The position numbers and the translations under genes are program-made. The notes beneath the pieces are model-generated. The model made no database searches. It had not been told where the DNA came from and saw nothing but the letters and a program-made list of their open reading frames with translations. Shown here in pieces: positions 1-13,314 of a stretch of DNA of 64,000 nucleotides. The stretch comes from Adineta vaga (lineage: Eukaryota > Animalia > Rotifera). Each line of letters starts with the position of its first letter. Position 1 is the stretch's first letter. Where the stretch lies: positions 10,168,001-10,232,000 of the forward strand of contig CP075494.1 of NCBI GenBank assembly GCA_021613535.1. Direction: 5' to 3'.

Positions 1-3000
1 AGCATAACCAAACTTTAGGGAAGGAGAATAGTACAGGTGCATAAGACTGATAGATTCACCAAAGACAAACATTTAGGTATAGTATAACCCAACTTTAGAG
101 ATGGAGAATAGTACGTGTGTATCTGAGTGATAGATTCACGAAAGACAAACATTTAGGTATAGTATAACCCAACTTTGGAGAAGGAGAATAGTAAAGGTGC
201 ATAAGACTGATAGATTCACGAAAGACAAACATTTAGGTATAGTATAACCCAACTTTGGAGAAGGAGAATAGTAAAGGTGCATAAGACTGATAGATTCACG
301 AAAGACAAACATTTAGGTATAGTATAACCCAACTTTGGAGAAGGAGAATAGTAAAGGTGCATAAGACTGATAGATTCACGAAAGACAAACATTTAGGTAT
401 AGTATAAACCAACTTTGGAGAAGGAGAATAGTAAAGGTGCATAAGACTGATAGATTCACGAAAGACAAACATTTAGGTATAGTATAACCCAACTTTGGAG
501 AAGGAGAATAGTAAAGGTGCATAAGACTGATAGATTCACGAAAGACAAACATTTAGGTATAGTATAAACCAACTTTGGAGAAGGAGAATAGTAAAGGTGC
601 ATAAGACTGAGAGATTCACGAAAGACAAACATTTAGGTACAGTATAACCCAACTTTAGGGAAGGAGAATAGTACAGGTGAATCTGAATGATAGACTCGCG
701 AAAGACAAACATTCAGGTATAGTATAACCCAACTTTAGAGAAGGAGAATAGTACGGGTGTATCTGAGTGATAGATTCACGAGAGACAAACATTTAGGTAT
801 AGTATAACCCAACTTTAGAGACGCAGAATAGTAAAGGTGAATCTGAATGATCGATTCACGAAAGACAAACATTTAGGTACAGTATAACCCAACTTTAGAG
901 ACGCAGAATAGTAAAGGTGAATCTGAATGATCGATTCACGAAAGACAAACATTTAGGTACAGTATAACCCAACTTTAGAGACGCAGAATAGTAAAGGTGC
1001 ATAAGACTGATAGATTCACGAAAGACAAACATTTAGGTACAGTATAACCCAACTTTAGAGACGCAGAATAGTAAAGGTGAATCTGAATGATCGATTCACG
1101 AAAGACAAACATTTAGGTATAGTATAACCCAACTTTAGAGAAGGAGAATAGTACGGGTGTATCTGAGTGATAGATTCACGAGAGACAAACATTTAGGTAT
1201 AGTATAACCCAACTTTAGAGACGCAGAATAGTAAAGGTGAATCTGAATGATCGATTCACGAAAGACAAACATTTAGGTACAGTATAACCCAACTTTAGAG
1301 ACGCAGAATAGTAAAGGTGAATCTGAATGATCGATTCACGAAAGACAAACATTTAGGTACAGTATAACCCAACTTTAGGGAAGGAGAATAGTACAGGTGA
1401 AGCTGAATGATCGCTTCACGAAAGACAAACATTTAGGTATAGTATAACCCAACTTTAGAGACGCAGAATAGTAAAGGTGAATCAGAATGATCGATTCACC
1501 AAAGACAAACATTTAGGTATAGTATAACGCAACTTTAGAGAAGGAGAATAGTACGGGTGTATCTGAGTGATCGATTCACGAAAGACAAACATTTAGGTAT
1601 AGTATAACCCAACTTTAGAGACGCAGAATAGTAAAGGTGAATCTGAATGATCGATTCACGAGAGACAAACATTTAGGTATAGTATAACCCAACTTTAGAG
1701 ACGCAGAATAGTAAACGTGAATCTGAGTGATCGATTCACCAAAGACAAACATTTAGGTATAGTATAACGTAAGTTTAGAGAAGGAGAATAGTACGGGTGT
1801 ATCTGAGTGATAGATTCATGAAAGACAAACATTTAGGTATAGTATAACCCAACTTTGGAGAAGGAGAATAGTACAGGTGAATCAGAATGATCGATTCACC
1901 AAAGACAAACATTTAGGTATAGTATAACCCAACTTTGGAGAAGGAGAATAGTAAAGGTGCATAAGACTGATAGATTCACGAAAGACAAACATTTAGGTAT
2001 AGTATAACCCAACTTCGGAGAAGGAGAATAGTACAGGTGAATCCGAATGATAGACTCGCGAAAGACAAACATTTAGGTATAGTATAACCCAACTTTAGAG
2101 ACGCAGAATAGTAAAGGTGAATCTGAATGATCGATTCACGAAAGACAAACATTTAGGTACAGTATAACCCAACTTTAGAGACGCAGAATAGTAAAGGTGA
2201 ATCTGAATGATCGATTCACGAGAGACAAACATTTAGGTATAGTATAACCCAACTTTAGAGACGCAGAATAGTAAACGTGAATCTGAGTGATCGATTCACC
2301 AAAGACAAACATTTAGGTATAGTATAACGTAAGTTTAGAGAAGGAGAATAGTACGGGTGTATCTGAGTGATAGATTCATGAAAGACAAACATTTAGGTAT
2401 AGTATAACCCAACTTTGGAGAAGGAGAATAGTACAGGTGAATCCGAATGATAGACTCGCGAAAGACAAACATTTAGGTATAGTATAACCCAACTTTGGAG
2501 AAGGAGAATAGTACAGGTGAATCCGAATGATAGACTCGCGAAAGACAAACATTTAGGTATAGTATAACCCAACTTTAGGGAGGGAGAATAGTACAGGTGA
2601 AGCTGAATGATCGCTTCACGAAAGACAAACATTTAGGTATAGCATAACCCTACTTTAGAGATGAAGAATAGTACAGGTGCATAAGACTGATAGATTCACC
2701 AAAGACAAACATTTAGGTATAGTATAACGCAACTTTAGGGAAGGAGAATAGTACAGGTGACGCTGAATGATAGACTCGCGAAAGACAAACATTTAGGTAT
2801 AGCATAACCCAACTTTAGGGAAGGAGAATAGTACAGGTGACGCTGAATGATAGACTCGCGAAAGACAAACATTTAGGTATAGCATAACCCAACTTTGGAG
2901 AAGGAGAATAGTACAGGTGAATCCGAATGATAGACTCGCGAAAGACAAACATTTAGGTATAGTATAACCCAACTTTGGAGAAGGAGAATAGTACAGGTGA

Positions 3001-6000
3001 ATCCGAATGATAGACTCGCGAAAGACAAACATTTAGGTATAGCATAACCCAACTTTAGGGAAGGAGAATAGTACAGGTGAAGCTGAATGATAGACTCGCG
3101 GAAGACAAACATTTAGGTATAGTATAACCCAACTTTAGAGAAGGAGAATAGTAAAGGTGCATAAGACTGATAGATTCACCAAAGACAAACATTTAGGTAT
3201 AGTATAACCCAACTTTGGAGAAGGAGAATAGTACAGGTGAATATGAATGATCGACTCGCGAAAGACAAACATTTAGGTATAGCATAACCCAACTTTGGAG
3301 AAGGAGAATAGTACAGGTGAATATGAATGATAGACTCGCGGAAGACAAACATTTAGGTATAGTATAACCCAACTTTAGAGATGGAGAATAGTACAGGTGA
3401 ATCTGAATGATAGACTCGCGGAAGACAAACATTTAGGTATAGTATAACCCAACTTTAGAGATGGAGAATAGTACAGGTGAATCTGAATGATAGACTCGCG
3501 AAAGACAAACATTTAGGTGTAGTATAACCCAACTTTAGAGATGGAGAATAGTACAGGTGCATAAGACTGATAGGTGCACGAAAGACAAACATTTAGGTGT
3601 AGTATAACCCAACTTTAGAGATGGAGAATAGTACAGGTGCATAAGACTGATAGATGCACGAAAGACAAACATTTAGGTATAGTATAACCCAACTTTGGAG
3701 AAGGAGAATAGTACAGGTGAATATGAATGATCGACTCGCGAAAGACAAACATTTAGGTATAGCATAACCCAACTTTGGAGAAGGAGAATAGTACAGGTGA
3801 ATATGAATGATAGACTCGCGGAAGACAAACATTTAGGTATAGTATAACCCAACTTTAGAGATGGAGAATAGTACAGGTGAAGCTGAATGATAGACTCGCG
3901 GAAGACAAACATTTAGGTGTAGTATAACCCAACTTTAGAGATGGAGAATAGTACAGGTGCATAAGACTGATAGATGCACGAAAGACAAACATTTAGGTGT
4001 AGTATAACCCAACTTTAGAGATGGAGAATAGTACAGGTGCATAAGACTGATAGATGCACGAAAGACAAACATTTAGGTATAGTATAACCCAACTTTAGAG
4101 ATGGAGAATAGTACAGGTGCATAAGACTGATAGATGCACGAAAGACAAACATTTAGGTGTAGTATAACCCAACTTTAGAGATGGAGAATAGTACAGGTGA
4201 ATCTGAATGATAGACTCGCGAAAGACAAACATTTAGGTATAGTATAACTCAACTTTAGAGAAGGAGAATAGTAAAGGTGCATAAGACTGATAGATTCACG
4301 AAAGACAAACATTTAGGTATAGTATAACCCAACTTTGGAGAAGGAGAATAGTACAGGTGAATCTGAATGATAGACTCGCGAAAGACAAACATTTAGGTGT
4401 AGTATAACCCAACTTTAGAGATGGAGAATAGTACAGGTGCATAAGTCTGATAGATGCACGAAAGACAAACATTTAGGTGTAGTATAACCCAACTTTAGGG
4501 AAGGAGAATAGTACAGGTGACGCTGAATGATAGACTCGCGAAAGACAAACATTTAGGTATAGCATAACCCAACTTTAGAGATGGAGAATAGTAAAGGTGA
4601 ATCTGAATGATCGATTCACGAGAGACAAACATTTAGGTATAGTATAACGCAACTTTAGAGAAGGAGAATAGTACGGGTGTATCTGAGTGATAGATTCATG
4701 AAAGACAAACATTTAGGTACAGTATAACCCAACTTTGGAGAAGGAGAATAGTACAGGTGAATCCGAATGATAGACTCGCGAAAGACAAACATTTAGGTAT
4801 AGTATAACCCAACTTTGGAGAAGGAGAATAGTACAGGTGAATCCGAATGATAGACTCGCGAAAGACAAACATTTAGGTATAGTATAACCCAACTTTGGAG
4901 AAGGAGAATAGTACAGGTGAATCTGAATGATAGACTCGCGAAAGACAAACATTTAGGTATAGTATAACCCAACTTTAGGGAAGGAGAATAGTACAGGTGA
5001 ATATGAATGATAGACTCGCGAAAGACAAACATTTAGGTATAGTATAACCCAACTTTAGAGAAGGAGAATAGTAAAGGTGCATAAGACTGATAGATTCACG
5101 AAAGACAAACATTTAGGTATAGTATAACCCAACTTTGGAGAAGGAGAATAGTACAGGTGAATATGAATGATAGACTCGCGAAAGACAAACATTTAGGTAT
5201 AGTATAACCCAACTTTGGAGAAGGAGAATAGTACAGGTGAATCCGAATGATAGACTCGCGAAAGACAAACATTTAGGTATAGTATAACCCAACTTTGGAG
5301 AAGGAGAATAGTACAGGTGAATCCGAATGATAGACTCGTGAAAGACAAACATTTAGGTATAGTATAACCCAACTTTGGAGAAGGAGAATAGTACAGGTGA
5401 ATATGAATGATAGACTCGCGGAAGACAAACATTTAGGTATAGTATAACCCAACTTTGGAGAAGGAGAATAGTACAGGTGAATATGAATGATCGACTCGCG
5501 AAAGACAAACATTTAGGTATAGCATAACCCAACTTTAGGGAAGGAGAATAGTACAGGTGAAGCTGAATGATAGACTCGTGAAAGACAAACATTTAGGTAT
5601 AGTATAACCCAACTTTGGAGAAGGAGAATAGTACAGGTGAATATGAATGATAGACTCGCGGAAGACAAACATTTAGGTATAGCATAACCCAACTTTAGGG
5701 AAGGAGAATAGTACAGGTGAAGCTGAATGATAGACTCGCGGAAGACAAACATTTAGGTATAGTATAACCCAACTTTAGAGATGGAGAATAGTACAGGTGA
5801 ATCTGAATGATAGACTCGCGAAAGACAAACATTTAGGTGTAGTATAACCCAACTTTAGAGATGGAGAATAGTACAGGTGCATAAGACTGATAGATGCACG
5901 AAAGACAAACATTTAGGTGTAGTATAACCCAACTTTAGAGATGGAGAATAGTACAGGTGCATAAGACTGATAGATGCACGAAAGACAAACATTTAGGTAT

Positions 6001-9000
6001 AGTATAACCCAACTTTAGAGATGGAGAATAGTACAGGTGCATAAGTCTGATAGATGCACGAAAGACAAACATTTAGGTGTAGTATAACCCAACTTTAGAG
6101 ATGGAGAATAGTACAGGTGCATAAGTCTGATAGATGCACGAAAGACAAACATTTAGGTGTAGTATAACCCAACTTTAGAGATGGAGAATAGTACAGGTGA
6201 ATCTGAATGATAGACTCGCGAAAGACAAACATTTAGGTATAGTATAACTCAACTTTAGAGAAGGAGAATAGTAAAGGTGCATAAGACTGATAGATTCACG
6301 AAAGACAAACATTTAGGTATAGTATAACCCAACTTTGGAGAAGGAGAATAGTACAGGTGAATATGAATGATCGACTCGCGAAAGACAAACATTTAGGTAT
6401 AGCATAACCCAACTTTAGGGAAGGAGAATAGTAAGGTGAAGCTGAATGATAGACTCGTGAAGACAAACATTTAGGTATAGTATAACCCAACTTAGAGATG
6501 GAGAATAGTACAGGTGAATCTGAATGATAGACTCGCGAAAGACAAACATTTAGGTGTAGTATAACCCAACTTTAGAGATGGAGAATAGTACAGGTGAATC
6601 TGAATGATAGATGCACGAAAGACAAACATTTAGGTGTAGTATAACCCAACTTTAGAGATGGAGAAATAGTACAGGTGCATAAGTCTGATAGATGCACGAA
6701 AGACAAACATTTAGGTGTAGTATATAACCCAACTTTAGAGATGGAGAATAGTACAGGTGCATAAGTCTGATAGATGCACGAAAGACAAACATTTAGGTGT
6801 AGTATAACCCAACTTTAGAGATGGAGAATAGTACAGGTGAATCTGAATGATAGACTCGCGAGATCACGAAGACAAACATTTAGGTTAGTAGTATAACCAA
6901 CTTTAGAGAAGAAGGAATAAGTAAGTGAAGATGATAGATCCGAAAGACAACATTTAGGTATAGTATAACCCAACTTTGAGAAGGAGAATAGTACAGATGC
7001 ATAAGACTGATAGATTCACGAAAGACAAACATTTAGGTATAGTATAACCCAACTTTAGAGATGGAGAATAGTACAGGTGCAATAAGACTGATAGATTCGC
7101 GAAAGACAAACATTTAGGTATAGTATAACCCAACTTTAGAGATGGAGAATAGTACAGATGCATAAGACTGATAGATTCACGAAAGACAAACATTTAGGTA
7201 TAGTATAACCCAACTTTAGAAGGAGAATAGTAAGGCATAAGACTGATAGATTCACGAAAGACAAACATTTAGGTATAGTATAACCCAACTTTGGAGATGG
7301 AGAATAGTACAGGTGAATCTGAATGATAGACTCGCGAAAGACAAACATTTAGGTATAGTATAACCCAACTTTAGAGATGGAGAATAGTACAGATGCATAA
7401 GACTGATAGATTCACGAAAGACAAACATTTAGTATAGTATAACCAACTTTGGAAAGACAATAGTACAGGTGAATCTGAATGATCGACTCGCGAAAGACAA
7501 ACATTTAGGTATAGTAAACCGAACTTTAGAGATGGAGAATAGTACAGATGATAACACTGATAGATTCACGAAAGACAAACATTTAGGTGTATAACCCAAC
7601 TTTGGAAAGGACTGATAAGACTTAGATTCACGAAAGACAAACATTTAGGTATAGTATAACCCAACTTTGGAGAAGGAGAATAGTACAGGTGCATAACACT
7701 GATAGATTCACGAAAGACAAACATTTAGGTATATTATAACCCAACTTTGGAAAAGGAGAATCGTATAGGTGCATAACACTGATAGATTCACGAAAGACAA
7801 ACATTTAGGTATATTATAACCCAACTTTGGAGAAGGAGAATAGTAAAGGTGCATAAGACTGATAGATTCACGAAAGACAAACATTTAGGTATAGTATAAC
7901 CCAACTTTGGAGAAGGAGAATAGTACAGGTGAATCCGAATGATAGACTCGCGAAAGACAAACATTTAGGTATAGCATAACCCAACTTTAGGGAAGGAGAA
8001 TAGTACAGGTGAAGCTGAATGATAGACTCGCGGAAGACAAACATTTAGGTATAGCATAACCCAACTTTAGGGAAGGAGAATAGTACAGGTGAAGCTGAAT
8101 GATAGACTCGTGAAAGACAAACATTTAGGTATAGTATTACCCAACTTTGGAGAAGGAGAATAGTACAGGTGAATATGAATGATAGACTCGCGGAAGACAA
8201 ACATTTAGGTATAGCATAACCCAACTTTAGGGAAGGAGAATAGTACAGGTGAAGCTGAATGATAGACTCGCGGAAGACAAACATTTAGGTATAGTATAAC
8301 CCAACTTTAGAGATGGAGAATAGTACAGGTGAAGCTGAATGATAGACTCGCGAAAGACAAACATTTAGGTATAGTATAACCCAACTTTAGAGATGGAGAA
8401 TAGTACGGGTGTATCTGAGTGATAGATTCACGAAAGACAAACATTTGGTATAGTATAACCCAACTTTAGAGAAGGAGAATAGTAAAGGTGCATAAGACTG
8501 ATAGATTCACGAAAGACAAACATTTAGGTGTAGTATAACCCAACTTTAGAGATGGAGAATAGTACAGGTGCATAAGACTGATAGATGCACGAAAGACAAA
8601 CATTTAGGTGTAGTATAACCCAACTTTAGAGATGGAGAATAGTACAGGTGCATAAGACTGATAGATGCACGAAAGACAAACATTTAGGTGTAGTATAACC
8701 CAACTTTAGAGATGGAGAATAGTACAGGTGAAGCTGAATGATAGACTCGTGAAAGACAAACATTTAGGTATAGTATTACCCAACTTTGGAGAAGGAGAAT
8801 AGTACAGGTGAATATGAATGATAGACTCGCGGAAGACAAACATTTAGGTATAGCATAACCCAACTTTGGAGAAGGAGAATAGTACAGGTGAATATGAATG
8901 ATCGACTCGCGAAAGACAAACATTTAGGTATAGTATAACCCAACTTTGGAGAAGGAGAATAGTACAGGTGAAGCTGAATGATAGACTCGCGAAAGACAAA

Positions 9001-10600
9001 CATTTAGGTGTAGTATAACCCAACTTTAGAGATGGAGAATAGTACAGGTGCATAAGACTGATAGATGCACGAAAGACAAACATTTAGGTGTAGTATAACC
9101 CAACTTTAGAGATGGAGAATAGTACAGGTGCATAAGACTGATAGATGCACGAAAGACAAACATTTAGGTATAGTATAACCCAACTTTAGAGATGGAGAAT
9201 AGTACAGGTGCATAAGACTGATAGATGCACGAAAGACAAACATTTAGGTGTAGTATAACCCAACTTTAGAGATGGAGAATAGTACAGGTGAATCTGAATG
9301 ATAGACTCGCGAAAGACAAACATTTAGGTATGGTATAACTCAACTTTAGAGAAGGAGAATGGCACAGGTATATTTGACTGATAGATTCGCCAAAGACAAA
9401 CATTTAGGTATAGTATAACCCAACTTTAGAGATGGAGAATAGTACAGATGCATAAGACTGATAGATTCACGAAAGACAAACATTTAGGTGTAGTATAACC
9501 CAACTTTAGAGATGGAGAATAGTACAGGTGAATCTGAATGATAGACTCGCGAAAGACAAACATTTAGGTATAGTATAACTCAACTTTAGAGAAGGAGAAT
9601 GGCACAGGTATATTTGACTGATAGATTCGCCATAGACAAACATTTAGGTATAGTATAACCCAACTTTAGAGATGGAGAATAGTACAGATGCATAAGACTG
9701 ATAGATTCACGAAAGACAAACATTTAGGTATAGCATAACCCAACTTTAGAAGGAGAATCGTAAAGGTGCATAACACTGATAGATTCACGAAAGACAAACA
9801 TTTAGGTATAGTATAACCCAACTTTGGAAAAGGAGAATCGTAAAGGTGCATAACACTGATAGATTCACGAAAGACAAACATTTAGGTATAGTATAACCCA
9901 ACTTTGGAGAAGGAGAATAGTACAGGTGCATAAGACTGATAGATTCACGAAAGACAAACATTTAGGTATAGTATAACCCAACTTTGGAGAAGGAGAATAG
10001 TACAGGTGCATAAGACTGATAGATTCACGAAAGACAAACATTTAGGTATAGTATAACCCAACTTTGGAGAAGGAGAATAGTAAAGGTGCATAAGACTGAT
10101 AGATTCACGAAAGACAAACATTTAGGTATAGTATAACCCAACTTTGGAGAAGGAGAATAGTAAAGGTGCATAAGACTGATAGATTCACGAAAGACAAACA
10201 TTTAGGTATAGTATAACCCAACTTTGGAGAAGGAGAATAGTAAAGGTGCATAAGACTGATAGATTCACGAAAGACAAACATTTAGGTATAGTATAACCCA
10301 ACTTTGGAGAAGGAGAATCGTAAAGGTGCATTAGACTGATAGATTCACGAAAGACAAACATTTAGGTATAGTATAACCCAACTTTGAAGAAGGAGAATAA
10401 TACAGGTGAATCTGAATGATCGAGTCCCAAAAGACAAACATTTTGGTATGGTATAACCCAACTTTGGACATGGAGAATAGTACAGGTGAATCTGAATGAT
10501 CGAGTCGCGAAGGACAAACATTTAGGTATAGTATAACCCATTTTTAGAGAAGGAGAATATCACAGGAGAAATATATGGCAAATATTGTTGAAAGACAAAC
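1..10600. repeat. 80-bp tandem satellite array, about 130 monomers, open at the 5' edge of the window and decaying over ~10,380-10,700
   Basis: Exact 80-bp periodicity. Consensus is approximately AGTATAACCCAACTTTGGAGAAGGAGAATAGTACAGGTGAATCTGAATGATAGACTCGCGAAAGACAAACATTTAGGTAT, with a near-invariant AAAGACAAACATTTAGGT block. Indel-rich stretch at ~6,430-7,640. Confidence 0.98.
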
Positions 10601-13314
10601 ATTTTGATATGAGATGACGGAATCATAAATGAAGGAGGTATATTTTGATATTGCATTATCTGGCGTTTAGCAGAAGAAACACATTTCGTGTGGTTATGAC
10701 TGAACTATTGTTAAAATATGAATCTTTGGCACTATATAGTGTATCGAGTAGGAGGAGTTTTGCGCATTGGTATAGTATCATTGTTTAAACAATTTGTCAG
10801 TGTAATGGGGCTGATTGTTATTTGAACTATTTGAATTTCCATGGAGAAAGCATGTGTTTTGCTTTTTGGGTAGTATCATTGGCCTGCTAGCACCTGAAGA
10901 ATAGTACTATGATTTATAATATCGGTATAGAGTTTTCATGGCGTCTTAAATTTCTCTAATGGAAAATCGTACGTCGTAGTTTATTTTTTTTTTGAAAGAA
11001 ATCTCATTCACAACTTTTTTCGGTGTGGTAAGTGGAAAGGAATACTGGCAATGGTCACTGTATAATTTGAGTATGAGAAGTTATTTGAATTGCGTTGTTT
11101 TGGTGTCTCTATACGATAAATTAATAGAGCTTGCATTGATTTAAAAACATCAAGAAATACAGTCAAGGGGAAAGTAGAAGCATTAGCCTGAACGTAAACT
11201 ACTCGATCATGATCGACTTCCTAGGACTTCCAGAATTCATAAACTGAATCACATCCTCCATTGCACCATCATTTAATGTATTGTGTTGTTGTATGCTGAT
11301 CGCAATTGGTGGATGGATATCCGGAAAGTAGCTCCGGGATGTTCAATCTCGAGAAATAGTATGACTACTCGATTGAAACGGTTTTAATCAGTCATTCAGA
11401 TGCTTTTTGTACTTTTCATTATGAATTTCTTACAAGAAATGTTGAGTTTCTTGCGGCAAGCATATTGAATAAAATTATAAGATGTAAGGAAGTATACAGT
11501 ATGTAGTTATAATTGATAATATCTCGCTTTTGTTAGTCGAAAATTCGAAATAAAATCGGCAACAAAAAGTTTTCGTGTTATTGCCACACGAGTGTAACTG
11601 ACAAACATATCTTTTTTTGAATGATGCTGTACATTATAGAACTGAAATCGTAATGGTCAATCAATCAGTCAAAGATGTATTTCTCGTGGAAAATTGAAAT
11701 CAAACAGAGAAAGTAAAGAAATATGATTGAAAAGATAGAGCATGGTATTTATTTCGATTGGAAAAGTATATTGTGTCATATACTTTTTTCAATACTCTTA
11801 TCGGCCATCGTAAGATAAAAATCTCATATTTATGATTCGTAAAATGGCTACAAGATTTTCTTAAACTAAAATATTGCAAAGTAGTTTCTTTCAAATAAAA
11901 ATATCTTGTTCTCTCTACTAAAATAAAGATTTCGATCAATCATGGATGAATTCTGTATGTCACAAGTAGATCCGATTCATTAGATGACATCAGAACTTTT
12001 TGATCACTTTTAAGTATTAATTACGTATTGGAACAAAACTGAAGTTTTCATATTAACAACAAATTACACCATGACACTAAAGAAAATTCGATTATTCATA
12101 TCGTTTTTAGTTGTTTTAGTATATAAACCAAATTCAAAACGGATGTAGACGTAGGTATCAAAAATACACTCGTCTACATTTTTATGGAGGACGCTTAGTA
12201 ACTCGGACGTTTTCCTTCATATTAAATGAACCAGTTGTGAGATTGATTACAGTTAATATCTACTAAACCAGTTTAAAGTGAGAAATATGTGATTTGGATG
12301 TAATTTCTCTTGAGCTATACATAAAAAACATTCATATCATTCCGTACAGGCATACGACTCAATAAAATTGTTGTAACATCATATAAAATCTTGGCGCCTG
12401 ATAAGAAGTTTGTATTGGTACGAAGCTGCTGTTAGATAAATACAACTTGGAAAAAAGCTAACTGTGATATAGAAAAAGAATCATGTATAGGATATTCAAA
12501 ACCTAGTATGCGTTTTCGTCGAGCAACTTATCTGTAATCAAATTATTTAAAACTATTAAGATGGTTTCTCACATGTTTCACTGACAAAATCTATACTCAA
12601 CTAGTTGAAACTACTAATTCGAGGATGTCGTGAACTTTTTTACTAGCAAGTTTCTCAATATTTAGCCGGAATATTTGAATTTATTGCTTTGGCAAGCAGA
12701 ATATAAGATAATTTTGAAGAACTCGAATGTAGTATAGATTTTATATAGCACTAGCAATATCTTCTTGACGTCACTAACATAAAAAAGTCATGGAAACATG
12801 ACATAATACGGTATTAAACCTCCCTAATGATTTTTTCTTTATTCTTGCTATACTTGATTTTACAATTGTTACCTACTGTTCCATCAAACGAATACTTGTA
12901 GTAATAGCATATTGATGAGCAACTATCTCAAAAGTATTTAAATGGAATCAATTTTTCGATTTCAGTTGAGTAGAATTTTGTCATCGATACATTTTCTTCA
13001 TAACTTATGACTATTAATAATAATTTGGAGTTCGGGCAACCAGATGTCAATATTATCTTCCTTTTACGAAGATATTAAAAATATCTGTTCAAAAAAGAGC
13101 CTGTACTGAAGCAAACTTTTGCACTCCACTGGATATATGTATTCGTGTGTTGCTTCATGAATCAATAAGATCACGAACCTCACTGTTCGTTACACTGTGA
13201 TCTTCTGATTATAGTAATCATTGAAATTTGATAATTGTTTAGGACAGATTCGTAGTGAATTGTATATTCAAGGATTTCATCTGGTTGGTCGGGAATTGGC
13301 ATTTTCATCTCAAA

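Noticed and set aside
6430-7640. Indel-rich part of the satellite as a distinct diverged subfamily
   Set aside because: Scattered 1-2 bp indels within otherwise normal variants look more like low-quality consensus sequence. This cannot be resolved without reads.
2393-9881. Many 64-79 aa minus-strand ORFs (MFVFRES...) in the satellite
   Set aside because: They are an arithmetic result of an 80-bp period with a fixed TAAATG: each ORF cycles through three frames and stops after 240 bp. There is no sign of coding constraint.
1-10600. CRISPR-like array (constant block plus variable block)
   Set aside because: The variable parts are homologous alleles of one sequence, not unique spacers. There are no cas genes and the context is eukaryotic.
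1-10600. Telomere-like words (TAACCC, TTTAGG) in the monomer
   Set aside because: They are isolated hexamers in opposite orientations and never occur in tandem, so they are not a telomeric tract.
11700-11939. 79-aa minus-strand ORF in the intergenic region
   Set aside because: It is AT-rich, has a non-ATG start and shows no recognisable homology.
12143-12179. Hairpin ATGTAGACG...CGTCTACAT upstream of the NRPS
   Set aside because: It is a single short inverted repeat with no TSD, no Helitron-type CTRR end and no other support for a function.
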